This document shows positions 1-14,113 of a stretch of 64,000 nt of DNA, in pieces. The position numbers and the translations under genes were made by a program. The stretch covers positions 70,556,001-70,620,000 of the forward strand of contig OZ024747.1 of assembly GCA_964016885.1 (NCBI GenBank). The letters are read 5' to 3'. The stretch's first letter is position 1, and every line of letters starts with the position of its first letter. The stretch comes from Eledone cirrhosa (taxonomy: Eukaryota). The notes below the pieces were generated by a model. That model saw nothing but the letters and a program-made list of their open reading frames with translations. It was not told where the DNA came from and made no database searches.

Positions 1-345
1 TATTCTAATGAAGGTATTTCCATATTCTTCCTTTCTAGTAAGTTAGTAGTTGATATTTTCATACTTTATATAGCAATTCTGCTACAAAAGTTTCTTAGAA
101 ATCCTCTACAAATGCAGTACTAGATTAGTCTAAATTATACATTTCTTTGTTTTTTCGAACTTTAAGGCATAGTAACAATTGTTATATGCACTATACAATA
201 TAGAAATATTCTATTAATTCTGGAAGGAATTTCATATTAATTATGCATAATATGCTATAAATTAAACAGTAAAAATGTTGATATTACATATCTCTAATAT
301 TAGTATGACTGAGCAGTAAATATTAAATGTAAATTATTTTTATAG

Positions 346-550
346 ATTGGGAGAGAAGAGCAACATACATAACACTTTATTTTTTAAGGGCCTCCCAGAC
401 AGGTCAGAGGAAGAGAGAAATTATTTTCAAACTGAAGATTTGGTGCAAATTCTTACAATAGTGAGAATTCTGCTAAAAGAAGTCAAAAGCCAGGATGTGT
501 TGTTAAACTTAGGTGATAGATTAAATCATCCACCCCTGGATTACAAATAT
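346..550 (+). CDS. Internal coding exon of an unidentified host gene
   Basis: Acceptor ttattttttatag|A at 345/346. Open frame LGEKSNIHNTLFFKGLPDRSEEERNYFQTEDLVQILTIVRILLKEVKSQDVLLNLGDRLNHPPLDYKY. Donor GTAATT at 551 in phase 0. Sequence is non-repetitive. Confidence 0.6.
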
Positions 551-1632
551 GTAATTTCAGACTCAACTGAAACAGTATTCAGTCGTATAAAATATTACTG
601 TGTTGTAATTACATATCATGACTAATGTTATAAAGTTAGTATGAATAGTATTGAGAACTACATGATGCAAATATTAAACATATGTTACAAGCAATTTAAT
701 AAAACAATAAGGTCTTTGGTTGCAACTCCAATCTGAAGCTTATTCACTTTACCCACACTAACAATGGGCTTGAAAAAGCAAGAACATATCAGAATCATAT
801 TCAGCCTTCTTAAAATATTTGGGTTTCACAACACACATTAAAGAAAAAAAATGATACAAAAAAAATATAAATAAAATTGATAAGTATACAAAGATCTCAT
901 AGAATTTGTAAGTTTTCTAATACGACATTATTTGCATTTTTACATTTGATTTGAAATACATTTGAATAGATAAATAGGGAGGTTTTTACTCTTAACACTA
1001 AGACATTTTCTATAAAAATCTCATTAACCAATAAAATACTATCAAAATAATGCTACACTATTCTTTAACCAGGATTCCCTATGCCTTTCACAAGGATATT
1101 TTCTATTTACTTACGTCAACAGATATGCTTTTTGTTACCTGTCTACACAGTTCCTTCATCTTTTGTTTTGTTTCCCCAAGAAGGGAAAAGTAGCCCAAAT
1201 TAAAATAAAATAATAATAATAAAGTTGCATGCGATTGTTTATCATTCAGATTTCCTTTGAGTGAATGGTATTCAGAGCTAACATAACATTTTGACAGCTG
1301 CCTTCTAAGTTAAAGCTTTACTTTAGTTCTTTAGTTTTTAGCCATCACAGCCAACGTCATGATTTTTATGTTTAATAAATTATACTTCTAAGATTTCAAA
1401 GCCTTTATTTTCTTATCTGTTGTAAACTTTTGTTCTGGGTGTTAAACACCAAATTCTACATTTTGTGCCAAATAGAATTTCTATCTTCGATCTTTTTATT
1501 TATAATCAATTTTATTTAAATTTTGTTATCCACTTTTCTTTTTCTACTATTTTATTTCATGGTGTTATTTATATTTCAAAATGTTTTATTTAATCCCAGA
1601 TACTGCATTAATATCTACTATATATCTTACAG

Positions 1633-1842
1633 AGTGTAATGTTACTTCTATTTAGGATAACTGCAGGTTTGTGTGGAGATATACTTCAGTATAAAAATAT
1701 TTTGAATATATTATTTTCCCTTAAGTCCTTGTTTTGTAATGATTTCATAAGAAAAGTCTTTTCCCCATCTAATACCAAATTATTTGTGTCTAATATTAAA
1801 TTTGTAGATAGAAAAATCACTGTAACATTAAATGTAAATGTG
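1633..1842 (+). CDS. Next coding exon of the same host gene
   Basis: Acceptor tatatcttacag|AGT, phase 0, matching the previous donor. Open frame SVMLLLFRITAGLCGD...RKITVTLNVNV. Donor GTG|GTAAGA at 1843. Confidence 0.6.
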
Positions 1843-3416
1843 GTAAGAGACCAGAGGCTACAGTGTTTGCTGAGTGAACAGAAATAATATTGAGTTTACA
1901 AGGATACTTCTGTTTGGATAAGCATGTGACGATACCTCTAGTCCTGACGCCATGACAAAATGTACTCAGTTCATTCTGTAAAGTAGTAGTGCTAGTGCCA
2001 CAAAAGAAAATGTTGCCAGAATACTCTGTAAGTGGTTTGGTGTTAAGAAAAGTATCCTGCCATAGAAACTATGCCAATATAGAACATATAAGCAAGATAG
2101 GTTACTCTAACCTATTCACCCTATGCCAGCCAGGAAAGTGGACATAAAAATGATGATGATGAAGTGGTATTTTTAAAAAAGTGTTTTATGTGTCTTGCTA
2201 TTAAATTATTTCCCTGGAGTTACGCTTTATACACATAAATTGTTCATACAATGTTGGGACTTATTTAATATGGATGAACGTTAAACACATGACAAAACTT
2301 ATGCTATCTTGTGCTTTATTTCTTTAAGAGGTAACCTCTCACAAATATACAACTACTTGATAAAGCAGAGTTATAAAATATCAACAATGTGAAAAGAAAG
2401 CCAACTACACTCAGCAGTTATATAACATCCAATCAAGACTGAGCTATACAAACTACCACCATATTGACTCCTTCAAAACCAATTTTGATTGACCAGTCAT
2501 ATCTTTGCCAAGTTCAACAATAAAACCAATTTAACATAAATGTTGTATATGATGCTACCTTCACCAACCATTAACTTCCTTTATTTCTTGTCTTCATCAA
2601 TGATCTTGTTTCATTAAGTAAAATACTGCTATACACGCTTAGAGTGATGGCTTGATTTTTCATAGGAATTTTGCTGTGGCCATAAGCTTTTCCTTTTCTG
2701 CAAAGTAGCTATCATCAGCCATGTCTCTTTAAATTTTCACTGCAGTTGAACATATAACAATATGTGCTGTTATATATTTATAACCAGTCACGAATCCCAA
2801 GCAATATGTGTTTAATCCAATCAGTATACCTTATTGATTTTTAACTATCACTGTCGTAATGTTATAATATTCTTAGTTTCATTATTTGAAAAGCGCAGTT
2901 TTTTTCCTTACTTTTTCAATGCATGATTATCGTTGGATAAACATTAAAAGAAACTATAATTAGTGACTTTTCTCTGTAAATATCTGTTATCTTTATATAG
3001 AAAATATTGTTACTTAAAACAAAAAATATACTCAGTTAGTAAACATGTCTCACTGTCTATTGAACTGTTAATTTACTGAGTTCATTCAAGGAAGAGGCCT
3101 CTAAGCATTCACTGACACAACTAGAAGCTGAAACCAAAACTCTCTCACATAAAACACTAATATGTAAAGCAAGGAAAAACATGTATAATTTAGTCTTAAT
3201 TAAATTGTGTAAAGTTCATGACTTAAATATCTTTGATTATAAATCTTTTTCAAGAGAACTAAACAACAACAAATACTTATATATGTGCACATGCATAACA
3301 TAATGGTCTATATAATAAAATCATATTAGAATACAAGAACTAGATTAACAACTCAGTAAATAATTGTGATGAAGAATGTGGGATAAGATTATTCTTTGGA
3401 TTATCTAGTCCTAGAT

Positions 3417-3962
3417 CAGCTGTTGCCAATTGGTGGTCCAAGATAAAATTTTGGCAGCCTACAGAAAAATTTGGATAATTATTTGCAATTTTTATGTTTT
3501 ATTAATAGTAAAACAAGCAAAATATTTTGTTAAAATATAGTTTATAACACCCTTAAAAAATGTTTCTCCTCAGTAAAGAACTATTATCCATGAAAGAATT
3601 TTACACGATTGTGTCATCTATCGACAATATGATACGCATACACTTAGGTATTGACTAATAAAATGGAAGTTCTCTGATTAGATTGGCAGTATTGGTTGGA
3701 CACCATGCTTTGCAGCGAAGAGTTATGGCCCTTTATGGTTTGAGTTCAAATCCCGCCGAGGTTAACTTTGCCTTTCATCCTTATGAGGTTGATAAAATAA
3801 AGTACCAGTAATAAACTGGAATAATTGCTGACCTTGTGCCAAAAGTAGAAAATTATTTTACAAATGTATTCATCTTTTTTAAAAAAATTCATATTAGTGG
3901 TCTGCACGCTTTAAAATCATGAATTTAGTGGTCTGTGGTGTCCAAAACGTTGGCGACCTCTG
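3417..3962. mobile_element. Non-autonomous hAT (Charlie-like) DNA transposon
   Basis: Imperfect TIRs CAGCTGTTGCCAA / TTGGCGACCTCTG. Perfect 8-bp TSD TCCTAGAT at 3409-3416 and 3963-3970, with a CTAG-centred target typical of Charlie-type hATs. Confidence 0.75.
3680..3858 (+). mobile_element. tRNA-derived SINE (Nin-domain-like family A), nested in the hAT element
   Basis: A-box-like TGGCAGTATTGG, B box GAGTTCAAATCCC, central GCCTTTCATCC...GATAAAATAAAGTACCAG, tail GTAGAAA-ATT. Many copies in the window. Confidence 0.85.
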
Positions 3963-4882
3963 TCCTAGATAAAGTATGCCTGAAATATATTTTGATGATC
4001 ATGCAACAGCGTTCATCAAAGTTTCACTGGAACAGGGTTGAAGTGGAAATAAACAATAATAGCCTCGACAGTTATTCATGTAAATACATAGCATTTCAAA
4101 TAAGATTTAAATATGTGAAGATGTATGACAAAATTATATTATACATCATACATAAATTACTTAAAGAACTGAGATTTAATGGAAAAGTTATATGATGCAA
4201 AATATAGCAGTAAACAATTTTATATTCTCTGCACTCTTGGTTCAAATTCCACTGAGCACAATTTTGTCAATTGTGTTTTCATGAGGAGTGAACTGGTGGA
4301 AATATTAAAGTGTCAGAGAGAATACTTTGCAGTATCAAATCTGGCTCTGTGGGTTTTGAGTTCAAATCTCACCTTCATTTCAGGGAAAAGTGGTGATGCT
4401 TCTGCCAGAAAATGTGACTAACAGATAGTATCAACAATGGTTAGACTTATGAAAATATAGTTTTCTTGGTTCAATATGACAATCAGCTTCTTACCTTTTT
4501 GTTTATAGACTGTGGTTCTGCCATGAGAGGGATTTCGGTGCAGCCAACAGGCCTGCTTCTTGTCTCCCAATGTGGATGACCCATCTAGCCCAGGCAAGCA
4601 TGGAAAAATGGACACTAAATGGTGTTGGTGGTGATGATGATGATGATTAAATATATATATATGAAAGTGTCAAATCGGTACAGTCAAAAGAATGTTGATT
4701 AGAATGATTTGCAGTGTTCGATCTGGCTCTCTGCACTCTCTGAGTTCAAATCCTGCCGAGGTCTATTTTACATTTCAGCTTTTTGAAGTCAATAAAAATA
4801 AGTACCAATTTAGTACTGGAGTTGATACTTTCTTTATATCTTTTTCTCACTTTCTTTTTCTCATTCTATCTCTATTTCTCAG

Positions 4883-4909
4883 GAAGAAATCAGTTGTAAT
4901 CAGACCTAG
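4883..4909 (+). CDS. Possible terminal coding exon (EEISCNQT*)
   Basis: Long polypyrimidine tract 4825-4882 ending tttctcag. Phase-0 reading reaches TAG after 8 codons. Linkage to the upstream exons is inferred only. Confidence 0.35.
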   Translation, partial: EEISCNQT

Positions 4910-5864
4910 AGAGAGGATTGGCTTATCCACATGTAAAATAGTGCCAAGACATGCCATATGTCATGACAGTGCCCCTACAACTCCATCAGGAATTATAGGC
5001 CCATACATACAAATATATAGATATAGGGAAACACATGTATATAAGTACTTGCATGTAATTACATATTTGTGTGTATGTCAATGTATTCTTCTGCAAGACA
5101 CATTTGATTCTTTCTCCCAGTTTGCTTGACTGAACAAAAAACAGCCTTTCAATTTTAATCCAAAGTTGAGTGGATAGTGGTAGGAAGTGCATTCGGCTGT
5201 AAAAACATTTGTCCCAGTGAATCAATAATCTTACATAGGCAAGTAACATGATTAAAACCATGTAAAATGGCAAATATATATATATATCAAAGCAATATGG
5301 TGTGCATGTCCTCGTGTGCATATCAACTACAATTTGCAGTAATAAGTTTTTCACTTACTTTACTATGTGCTCTTGAGAAATGTGACAATTCTGATATTTG
5401 CATTCAACCTACTTATATCTATCAAGCTAGTCACTCAATTATGAATATCAAAAGCTTCATGTATTTTACTATGTATTGCTATAGTAAGAAGAAAGAATAT
5501 AAATAAAGAACGATGTAAGTGCTGACATGACAGTGTGGATAAGAATTTTGCTTCATACAATATGGTTTCAGGCTTGATACTACTGTGTGATATCTTAGGC
5601 AAGAGGTAACCACTATAGACTTGTGCTGACCAACATTTTGCAAGTGAATTTGGTAGACAGAAACTATGTGGAAGCCAGCCACACACACACATATATATAT
5701 ATATTTATATTGTTAAACAATAAACAAATAAGAAAAGGTTTTAAAGCAGCATACTTGATTCCAAGCTTAACTCCTCAGAAGAATACTGCTTCAGCATCTT
5801 CTACCACTGTCGTTTAGTGTCACATAATATGTCTATTATACGTAATAAATATCTTGAGGACTAT

Positions 5865-6140
5865 GTAAGCATGTAAGCAGTTAACAACAAGATCCATTCA
5901 AGAATTAACTCAGTTTTGATGTGATATTATTTCCAATGCTTCCAAAATGCATAATTCACATTCCCTACATTCTCTCTCGTAGGGTTTTGCCAAATTCCTT
6001 TTGTATCATGTGAGTTGACAGTCAACAATTTTATTTTTCAGTGCCCATATGTCTTTTACCAAAGATGTAGTTTGACCCAAATTTGCATTTTTAAATGTGT
6101 GGATATATAGATATCAGCAACTCCAGTATAACTAGGTTTC
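5865..6140 (-). pseudogene. Decayed Hydra-like PLE GIY-YIG endonuclease C-terminal fragment
   Basis: Manual translation TFKNANLGQTTSLVKDIWALKNKIVDCQLT*YKRNLAKPYERECRECELCILEALEII...N...DLVVNCLH. It parallels the W..LK / CxLC..E / LN / CxH motifs of the element at 11.4-11.6 kb. Confidence 0.7.
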
Positions 6141-7260
6141 ACTTCTGAGAAGTCAAATATACATTTATATACTGTTTCTTCTTAAGCTGGTACCCTGCAT
6201 CAGACAATTCAGTAATTGTCTGCAGCCACAGTTCGCTGAACACATACTGTCACATTGAAATTAAAGATTAGTGAGATATGAAAATTATTTGTTTATGTAA
6301 AACCTGATATTCTCTGAGTGCCTTATAAGTTGAGCTGTGCCAAACATCAAGCCTATGGAAATACACTACCCAACGCACATACACACACACACACACACAC
6401 ACAGACATCTATATATATATATGCATAAGTATGTATCAGTTTGAACTGTTTAAACAGTTTGAACTTATATTTCCCTTAACACAGGCAGAAGTGCCAACAT
6501 GCCATTTATTCATTCATAAATCGTGGTTTATATATCATGCAATGAATTGATAGGACATGATGTTTGTCTTGTGAGCTTAGTAGTAATATAAACAAACATA
6601 CTTCAATATTATTATCATAGGAAAAAATAAATAAACAGAAACGTCCACAACTGAAGACACAAAAACGAATTGTGTTGACATTTTGGATGGAAAAAAAACA
6701 ATGAAAACAAAAACAAGAACACTTACAGCAACATTCCATCATTTGCTCATGTTGTAATCCCCAAAAGTTAATCAACTTGTCTGGATTTAGAAAAAGAAAA
6801 GGATGAGTTATATTACTACAAAATGTGCCACATTTCCCAATTAATTTATACATGAAAATACAATGGAGAGGTGACATAACTGTATTTATCTATATATTCT
6901 GAAAATAGAAGTTGGAAATAGTTATGGTCAATGTATGGGTAGATAGATGAAATCGACTGGGGCAGGGTATAAATGCTTGAATTTAAGAAACAAATATGAG
7001 GCAATGAGATAGATAGAGCCAGTGTGCTACATGCCTGCCCACAGGATAGTTTCTTAGTACATTGATGTCTGGAATACTAGAATTACAGCAGAGAAATATT
7101 GACACAGATACTGAATCTTGACATTTCCTTTTATGAAAAAGTATTTGAGATCAGAGGTGACTTGTAAAATCATTGGTTTGGGTGGAGTCTATAGGGACAT
7201 CCAGACCCTAATGGTCCATTCCTACCACCTTTAAAGAACTGGAGACAGTGTTATAAACTA

Positions 7261-7420
7261 TTAACCATTTTGATACCAATCTGGCTAAAACCACCTCTGG
7301 TTCTAAGAATTAAAACCATCTATTTGAAAGGGAAATAATTTTAATAAATCCCTGAAAGGTCTTCATTAATTAAATGAAACAGAGTATATTTCATTAGGAA
7401 CGTAATGAGGAAATGGTTAT
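7261..7420. mobile_element. Degenerate piggyBac-like MITE
   Basis: Begins TTAACCATTT and ends AAATGGTTA(T). TTAA-flanked CC/GG termini. Confidence 0.4.
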
Positions 7421-8139
7421 GGAAGCTGAGGGTAGATCAATAACGCTAGTAGGAAAGGGCAGAAAACTCTAGTATTACTAAAAAGAAGTCATTTGAATGC
7501 TCAGAAAAGGAGGAAAAGAAAAGCAAAAGAACACAAACAGTGGGAGCACCAACAATCTTAGGCCTCAGATGTGAATAGCATGGCTGCTGCCAACACTCAT
7601 TCCAGATCACCACCAGTTACTCAGCTGGGAGAATAGCCAGGACAGAAGCAAATAAAATTGCCTCATTTCAATGTCACCAGCATTGGCAGCGTTCTATGGT
7701 GACTTGGAAGCTAAGGAATTGTTTTATCCACATAGGACCAATGTGAGACTATGCATATATGTATGAGCCCATTGTTTTACATCGATAGGGAGGTTAGAGA
7801 ATGGTGTAAAATTGTTGGGACAGTAAGAAACAAATGCAAAACAAAATACTGAATACAATAGAATGGAAGTCCAACAGGATGTGCTACACAGATGGTCAGA
7901 TTTATGATTGCTCTAATCTACCCATGTTGTGTGTACACACTTTTGTAAAGGTATGTTGCCCTTACTTTGTATTTGGTTTATATACTAAATTGTTAGCCTC
8001 ATATTGTATCAGGTTTTTTGCTCTAGCCTACCCACACCACTTTTATATATATATGTATACTCCAACATATTTTGTAACCCCTTTTATATGATGCATTTCG
8101 TATTGTGAATTTGTAGGTAATTACAATTATCATCACCAT

Positions 8140-8141
8140 TT

Positions 8142-8190
<49 letters not shown>
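8140..8190. repeat. (TAG)n microsatellite
   Basis: Direct reading. Confidence 0.95.
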
Positions 8191-8191
<1 letters not shown>

Positions 8192-8797
8192 TGCAGCAGC
8201 GACAGTAGTAGTGAAACTTATCGTTACTATTATTATGACTATTTTAATCAAATTTCCTACATTATATTTGTCTGAAATATATATGTCATATTTTTATGAT
8301 ATACAGATTTTTGAAGTGGAGATAATAAATAATATAATATTAGAGTGCACGACTGTATCTAAGAAATAAACTATAAGAAATAATTTTCTTTATGTGCCAA
8401 ATTTCTTTGACAGGACTCTGCCTGAAATTTCACAGCAATATCTTTCAATTCAAGCAGTTTTCTTGCATGGCATTGGCTTAGCATTAATTACACTGACATA
8501 GCCCCACCTGAACCAAAGAAATAATAAAACTACCTGAAAGCATATTAGCTTATACACTTTCAAAGATATGTTGCAACATAAATTTTTCTTACTTAGAATT
8601 TCATATGTATAAACTGAGAAACACATAGACATATGTGCATCAACAAAGAACTGTACACACACAGAGACGCACATACGTATTGAGATACTACATATACATA
8701 TATATATATATATAAATATATATGTATATACACATACATATATACACATACATATATACACATACTTATATACACATACATATATACACATACCTAT

Positions 8798-8852
<55 letters not shown>

Positions 8853-8875
8853 CATATAAATATATAAAATATATA

Positions 8876-9057
8876 TCATCATCATTACCGTTTTACGTCC
8901 GTTCTTCCACGCGAGCATGGGTTAGACAGGTTGTCCTGTTGTGGGCAATAGCCGGTCGACTGACCATGTCTTGCTCATATGGGAACTGATTCTGGCTTGA
9001 TTTCTACAGCTGGATGCCCTTCCTAACACCAACCTCATTTACAGTGAGTGCTGGGTG

Positions 9058-9060
<3 letters not shown>
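8876..9060 (-). mobile_element. RTE LINE 3' tail fragment
   Basis: Near-identical to 50672-50860, the 3' end of an RT-bearing RTE copy. (CAT)n tail. Confidence 0.8.
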
Positions 9061-9109
<49 letters not shown>

Positions 9110-9439
9110 TTTAAGTTTATATACATTATATATCATCATCATCATTGTCATTTTCAACATCATTATTTCACATCCATTCATTGTACTGGTATGGGTTACA
9201 CAGGTTGTCATGTTCTGAGACTTAACATGTCAGGTGTTCGTTGAATGTCATGTCTTAACTAATGCCCACTACTCTGCAGCATGTAATGGCAGCATTGTAC
9301 CAAGACACAGACGCCAATACTTTGTAATGCAAATAACTATAGATAGTTGTTGAATAAGTCAGGTAAAGTTACAAGCGTAATTTAACTGACTTCTTCCACA
9401 ATTATATATAGTTAGCAGCTGTATTTATCTTCATTGTGG

Positions 9440-9580
<141 letters not shown>

Positions 9581-9625
9581 TATATTAATAAATGGAAACT
9601 ATATTTATAAAACCATATTTATTTC

Positions 9626-9685
9626 ATTATACATATTTCAGGGATACCAAATTAAATTATGGTATGCCTTCATCAGACAAAATAC
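9626..9685 (-). ncRNA. Hammerhead-ribozyme motif in the inverted pLTR
   Basis: Reverse complement of the 13836-13896 motif (CTGATGA-stem II-GAAATATGTA). Confidence 0.65.
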
Positions 9686-9848
9686 AATATATAACAGTTT
9701 TACAAATAAGCTTTGACGTACCCTATTAAAATGCAACCATTGTTTTTGGAAGCCATCCGGATAGTGATTTGTTTATATTACTTTAATAAGTCATAGTGTT
9801 AAGGACAATTAGAAAAAGACGGAGAGAAAGAAAATAAAAGACCTTATA

Positions 9849-11645
9849 TTGAAAGAACTAAGGAAAAAGTACAAGGTAGCAAATAAGGACGAACTTGAAA
9901 AACTGAATACAGATGCATCTTGTATAATGCATGAATTAGACATTGAGAATAAAACACAACCCTTCATGCCTAGGAAACCTAAGATCAATATGAAGGATCA
10001 CAAAAGAAACTTTGAAAATGATTTACCAGTCAGATTAATTGCACCATCTAAATCTGACCTGGGCAAACTTAGCAAAAATATTCTAGACAGGGTAATACAA
10101 TAAATTAAAAACTTACCTAATTTATCTTACTTAAAATTATGGAAAGGGACTAGTGAGGTTATCGATTGGTTTAAAGAAATTAAATATAACTATAATAATA
10201 AGTTTATTCAGCTGGATATTGCTAACTACTATTCATCTATCACTCCTAATCTACTGAATAAGGCACTAAATTACGCATTTAAACATACAGACCTAACTAG
10301 CAATGAAATGCACATTATATTATCGGCAAGGAAAACATTGATAGAATTTAATAACCAACTCTGGACTAGGGCAGATAGAAATAATAATTTCGACATAACT
10401 ATGGGATCATCAGACTCAGTTCAGGTAACGGACCTTGTGGGCCTATTTATAATTAATTCGCTACATAGGTGTAACCGGAGGCTTATATCGTGATGACATG
10501 CTTTTACTTATACAAAATAATAGCTGTGAACTAAATAGAAAAAGAAAACAAATTATACAATTTTTTAATTACCTTAATCTAAAAGTAGAAATAGAGAATA
10601 ACCATACAATACTCAATTTTCTTGACGTAACACTAAATCTCAACACATGTCTTCATTATCCATTTCACAAACTAAATGAGAACTTGAATTATGTTAATTT
10701 TAACTCTAATCACCCCAGATCTGTTAAAAATATTATAGTGAACTCTGTTCAAGAAAGAATTTCAAGAATTTCATCTAATAAAAATATATTTGATGAAAAA
10801 GCGCAGTATTACAACGAAGCGTTAGGTAGAGCTGGATATAGAAATGAAATTAAATACATTGATAATAATAATAATAATAAGCAAACTAACCAAAATAATA
10901 ACAATTTTAATTATGGTAACAACTTTGGCAACTATAATAGAAAACATTACAATAATTCCAAAAGCCGAAAAAGAAATAGAACTAGAAACATATTATGGTT
11001 TGCTCCCCCTTTCTCACTAAATATTAAAACCCCTATTGCTAAACTATTCTTTAAAGTTCTTGACAAACGCTTCCCTAGAACATATAAATATTACTCAATT
11101 TTTAATAGACACACTATAAAATTAACTTACTCGTCCACCAAAAAATTTAGCACAAAATATTAATAGAATTAATAATAGAAATTTAAAACCTAACCAAAAT
11201 ACCAATAATAACCCAAGCAATATTCAATTGAATAACTGTAACTGTAGAAATAAATCTAACTGTCCGTTAAATAACAACTGCTTAGCTAAAAATGTAGTGT
11301 ACAATTGTAATGTTAAAACTAATTTAAATTCATTTAACTATGTTGGTTCTACCCCTACTGAATTTAAATTTCGCTTCAATAATCATAAAAATATTTCACA
11401 GATCCAAACAAAAAATCTTCAACTTCGCTATCTAACCTACTATGGGACCTAAAACGAGATAATGTTAAATATTCGATGACTTGGAATATTATTTCATAAG
11501 CTACTCCTTTTAATTCCTCTTCAGAAAATTGTGATCTTTGTATTGAAGAAATATTCTTTATATTAAAGTCCAAAAATTCCCTTAATTTAAGGAACAATTT
11601 ATTCAGTTGCTGCAGACATAGATTGAACTCAACGTTTAAATATAA
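9849..11645 (+). pseudogene. Disrupted PLE reverse transcriptase + C-terminal GIY-YIG endonuclease ORF
   Basis: Motifs KDHK..F....RLI.P.KS, FIQLDIANYYSSI, FDITMGS, GGLYRDD, NFLDVTL, SNHP, WFAPPFS, CNCRNKSNCPL, VVY..YVGST...FK.RF.NH, CDLC.EE, LN..CRHR. A stop at 10101 and several frameshifts split it into the listed ORFs. Confidence 0.9.
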
Positions 11646-12902
11646 ATATAAATTTAAAATGTAGTATAATTAATTAAGTAATTTAGTTAATATATAAAAC
11701 CTGTCGATAAATCATTAGATCCCTTCACCTTTTTCTTTTTAAACTTTCTTCCTAAATATAAACATAGATATAATAAACTACTTTAAAATGTCTATACTTA
11801 CAATATCTTAAATAAAATATACGTAGGATAAATTTCTATACTAAATATAAGGATATCTGTAGAATCCTTGGGTTTTTTAAATCTTTTAAATTTTTGAATT
11901 TTAAACATTTTATTTTTTTAATTTTTTTTATTTTTTTTTATTTTTTTTTTTTATTATTATTATTTTTTTTTTTTTTTTTTTTGAAATTTTTAAATTTTTA
12001 AATTTTTAAATTTTTAAATTATATTGATATAATATTTATTTAACTTTTATTTTATTTTTATTTTTATTTATTTTTATTAGTTTTGCTTTGATTCTGATAG
12101 CTTCTCATAAGTCTATCCTTTCAATATCTTGATTGAAATATAAGTAGGATAATTTTCTATACTTAATATATGAAACATTATTTTAACTTAAGATACTCTA
12201 TAGTGTTTTAAAGATATTTAATGCTTTGACATTTCTAGAATTCGTTTGTCCTTTTGACTATACTAATATGGTTGTATTTCCAAAATATAATCCTTTGGTA
12301 TTTTAAATGTATATTGGTATAATTATATTTCCAAAGTATAATCCTTAGTAATATATTGATATTTGATTATCTCTATACAAATGTCTATGTGTGTATTAAC
12401 ATGCATATAAAAGTGTTATAGGTTTTTTATGATTGTATATATGTCTGTATGTATACATGAGTGATGCGTGAAGACGCACGCAGATATTTATTTATACATA
12501 TATAGGTGTATATGTATATGTATGTGTGTATGTATATGTGTGGGTAAGAGTTATGTTGCATAACCACGCAGTTTGGATTACAGATATGCATAATTTTAAC
12601 AAAATGTTAAATGCATGAATGGTAATCATATATATGAAGACATGAATGTTAATCGTATATATTTATGTATATATACTGTGAACTTTTTATAACACAAGGA
12701 ATGTATAGCAGTGATTAAGAGAAATCGTCTGCGTTTTATATGTCTATATTGTTGACTTGAGTAAATATAATTTCTATTTTCAGGACGTGCGTGTATATAT
12801 ATATATATATATATATGGAAAGTTATATTTAAATTGTTGGGTTACAACTAGTAAATATTTATAACTGATATAAAAGCACTCAACAAGTATTTGGAGTATA
12901 TT

Positions 12903-13198
12903 TACGATATTAAATAAATGGAAACTATATTTATAAAACCATATTTATTTCATTATATATATTTCAGGGATATCATATTAACAATATGTTATGCCTTCTT
13001 CAGACAAAATACAATATAGACAGTTTTATAATACAAATCGATGTTGAACGGTATGTCAAATCTATTTATCTATAAAACTGTCTATATTGTATTTTGTCTG
13101 AAGAAGGCATAACATATTGTTAATATGATATCCCTGAAATATATATAATGAAATAAATATGGTTTTATAAATATAGTTTCCATTTATTTAATATCGTA
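12903..13198. repeat. Fold-back pLTR pair (about 128-bp arms), one HHR motif per arm
   Basis: 12903-13030 is the reverse complement of 13071-13198. Plus arm has CTGAAGA (13098) AGGCATAACATATT-GTT-AATATGATATCCCT GAAA (13136) TATATA. Confidence 0.85.
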
Positions 13199-13835
13199 TA
13201 TATATATATATATATATATTTGTGTGTCTTTGCCTGAGATACTGACTTCTCTAGCAATGTGTACATTTTGGAGATTAAACCCAAATTTTGGTATATGATC
13301 TCAAGGTTTAAACTAAACATATAGTCATTATTAAACAATGTTTAATTTCTCATATTATATATTTATGTCCCATTCATGAATATTAATATTTATATTTTTT
13401 ATTATTCATTTCATATGAATTGTTAACTCAACTTAATATGACATGACGTAAAGTTTTCATAATCTCCCTCTCTCTCTATATAATATTTCTCTCTCTAGAG
13501 TTTTTCTATCTGTCTGTTGACTTAATATCTCTCTGTTGCTTTCCTCTGTTTTTCTTATTTCTTCCTTTTTTCTTCTTTCTTCCTTTCCTCCTGTCTTTAC
13601 ATATCTCTTTCTTTTTTCTCCATGCATCTCTCTCTCTCCGATATTTCTCCAGGTTTTTTTGTTTTTTTTTCTTTCTCTCCGTCTTTTTCTTTCTCTCCGT
13701 CTTTTTCTAATTGTCCTTAACACTATGACTTATTAAAGTAATATAAACAAATCACTATCCGGATGGCTTCCAAAAACAATGGTTGCATTTTAATAGGGTA
13801 CGTCAAAGCTTATTTATAAAACTGTTATATATTGT

Positions 13836-13896
13836 ATTTTGTCTGATGAAGGCATACCATAATTTAATTTGGTATCCCTGAAATATGTATAATGAA
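13836..13896 (+). ncRNA. Type-I hammerhead-ribozyme motif in the 3' pLTR
   Basis: CTGATGA (13843-13849), stem II AGGCATACCA/TGGTATCCCT, GAAA (13880), near-palindromic stem III ATATGT, GUA triplet. Stem I is weak. Confidence 0.7.
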
Positions 13897-14027
13897 ATAA
13901 ATATGGTTTTATAAATATAGTTTCCATTTATTAATATCGTATATCTACTCCAAATACTTGTTGAGTGCTTTATATCAGTTATAAAATTATTTACTTGTTG
14001 TATCCCAACAATTTTAAATAGAACTTT

Positions 14028-14113
<86 letters not shown>

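Larger units (their letters stand above)
9581..14030 (+). mobile_element. 5'-truncated Penelope-like retroelement (Hydra-clade-like) with inverted 5' pseudo-LTR
   Basis: RT + GIY-YIG remnants at 9849-11645. 9583-9833 is the reverse complement of about 13688-13936. Both ends abut long (TA)n tracts. The pLTR carries an HHR motif. Confidence 0.85.

Noticed and set aside
5865-6140. In-frame TGAs as selenocysteine (as in Naiad PLE selenoproteins)
   Set aside because: The TGAs do not fall at the conserved Cys positions (one replaces the conserved Trp), and related elements here have a C-terminal EN. Ordinary decay explains them.
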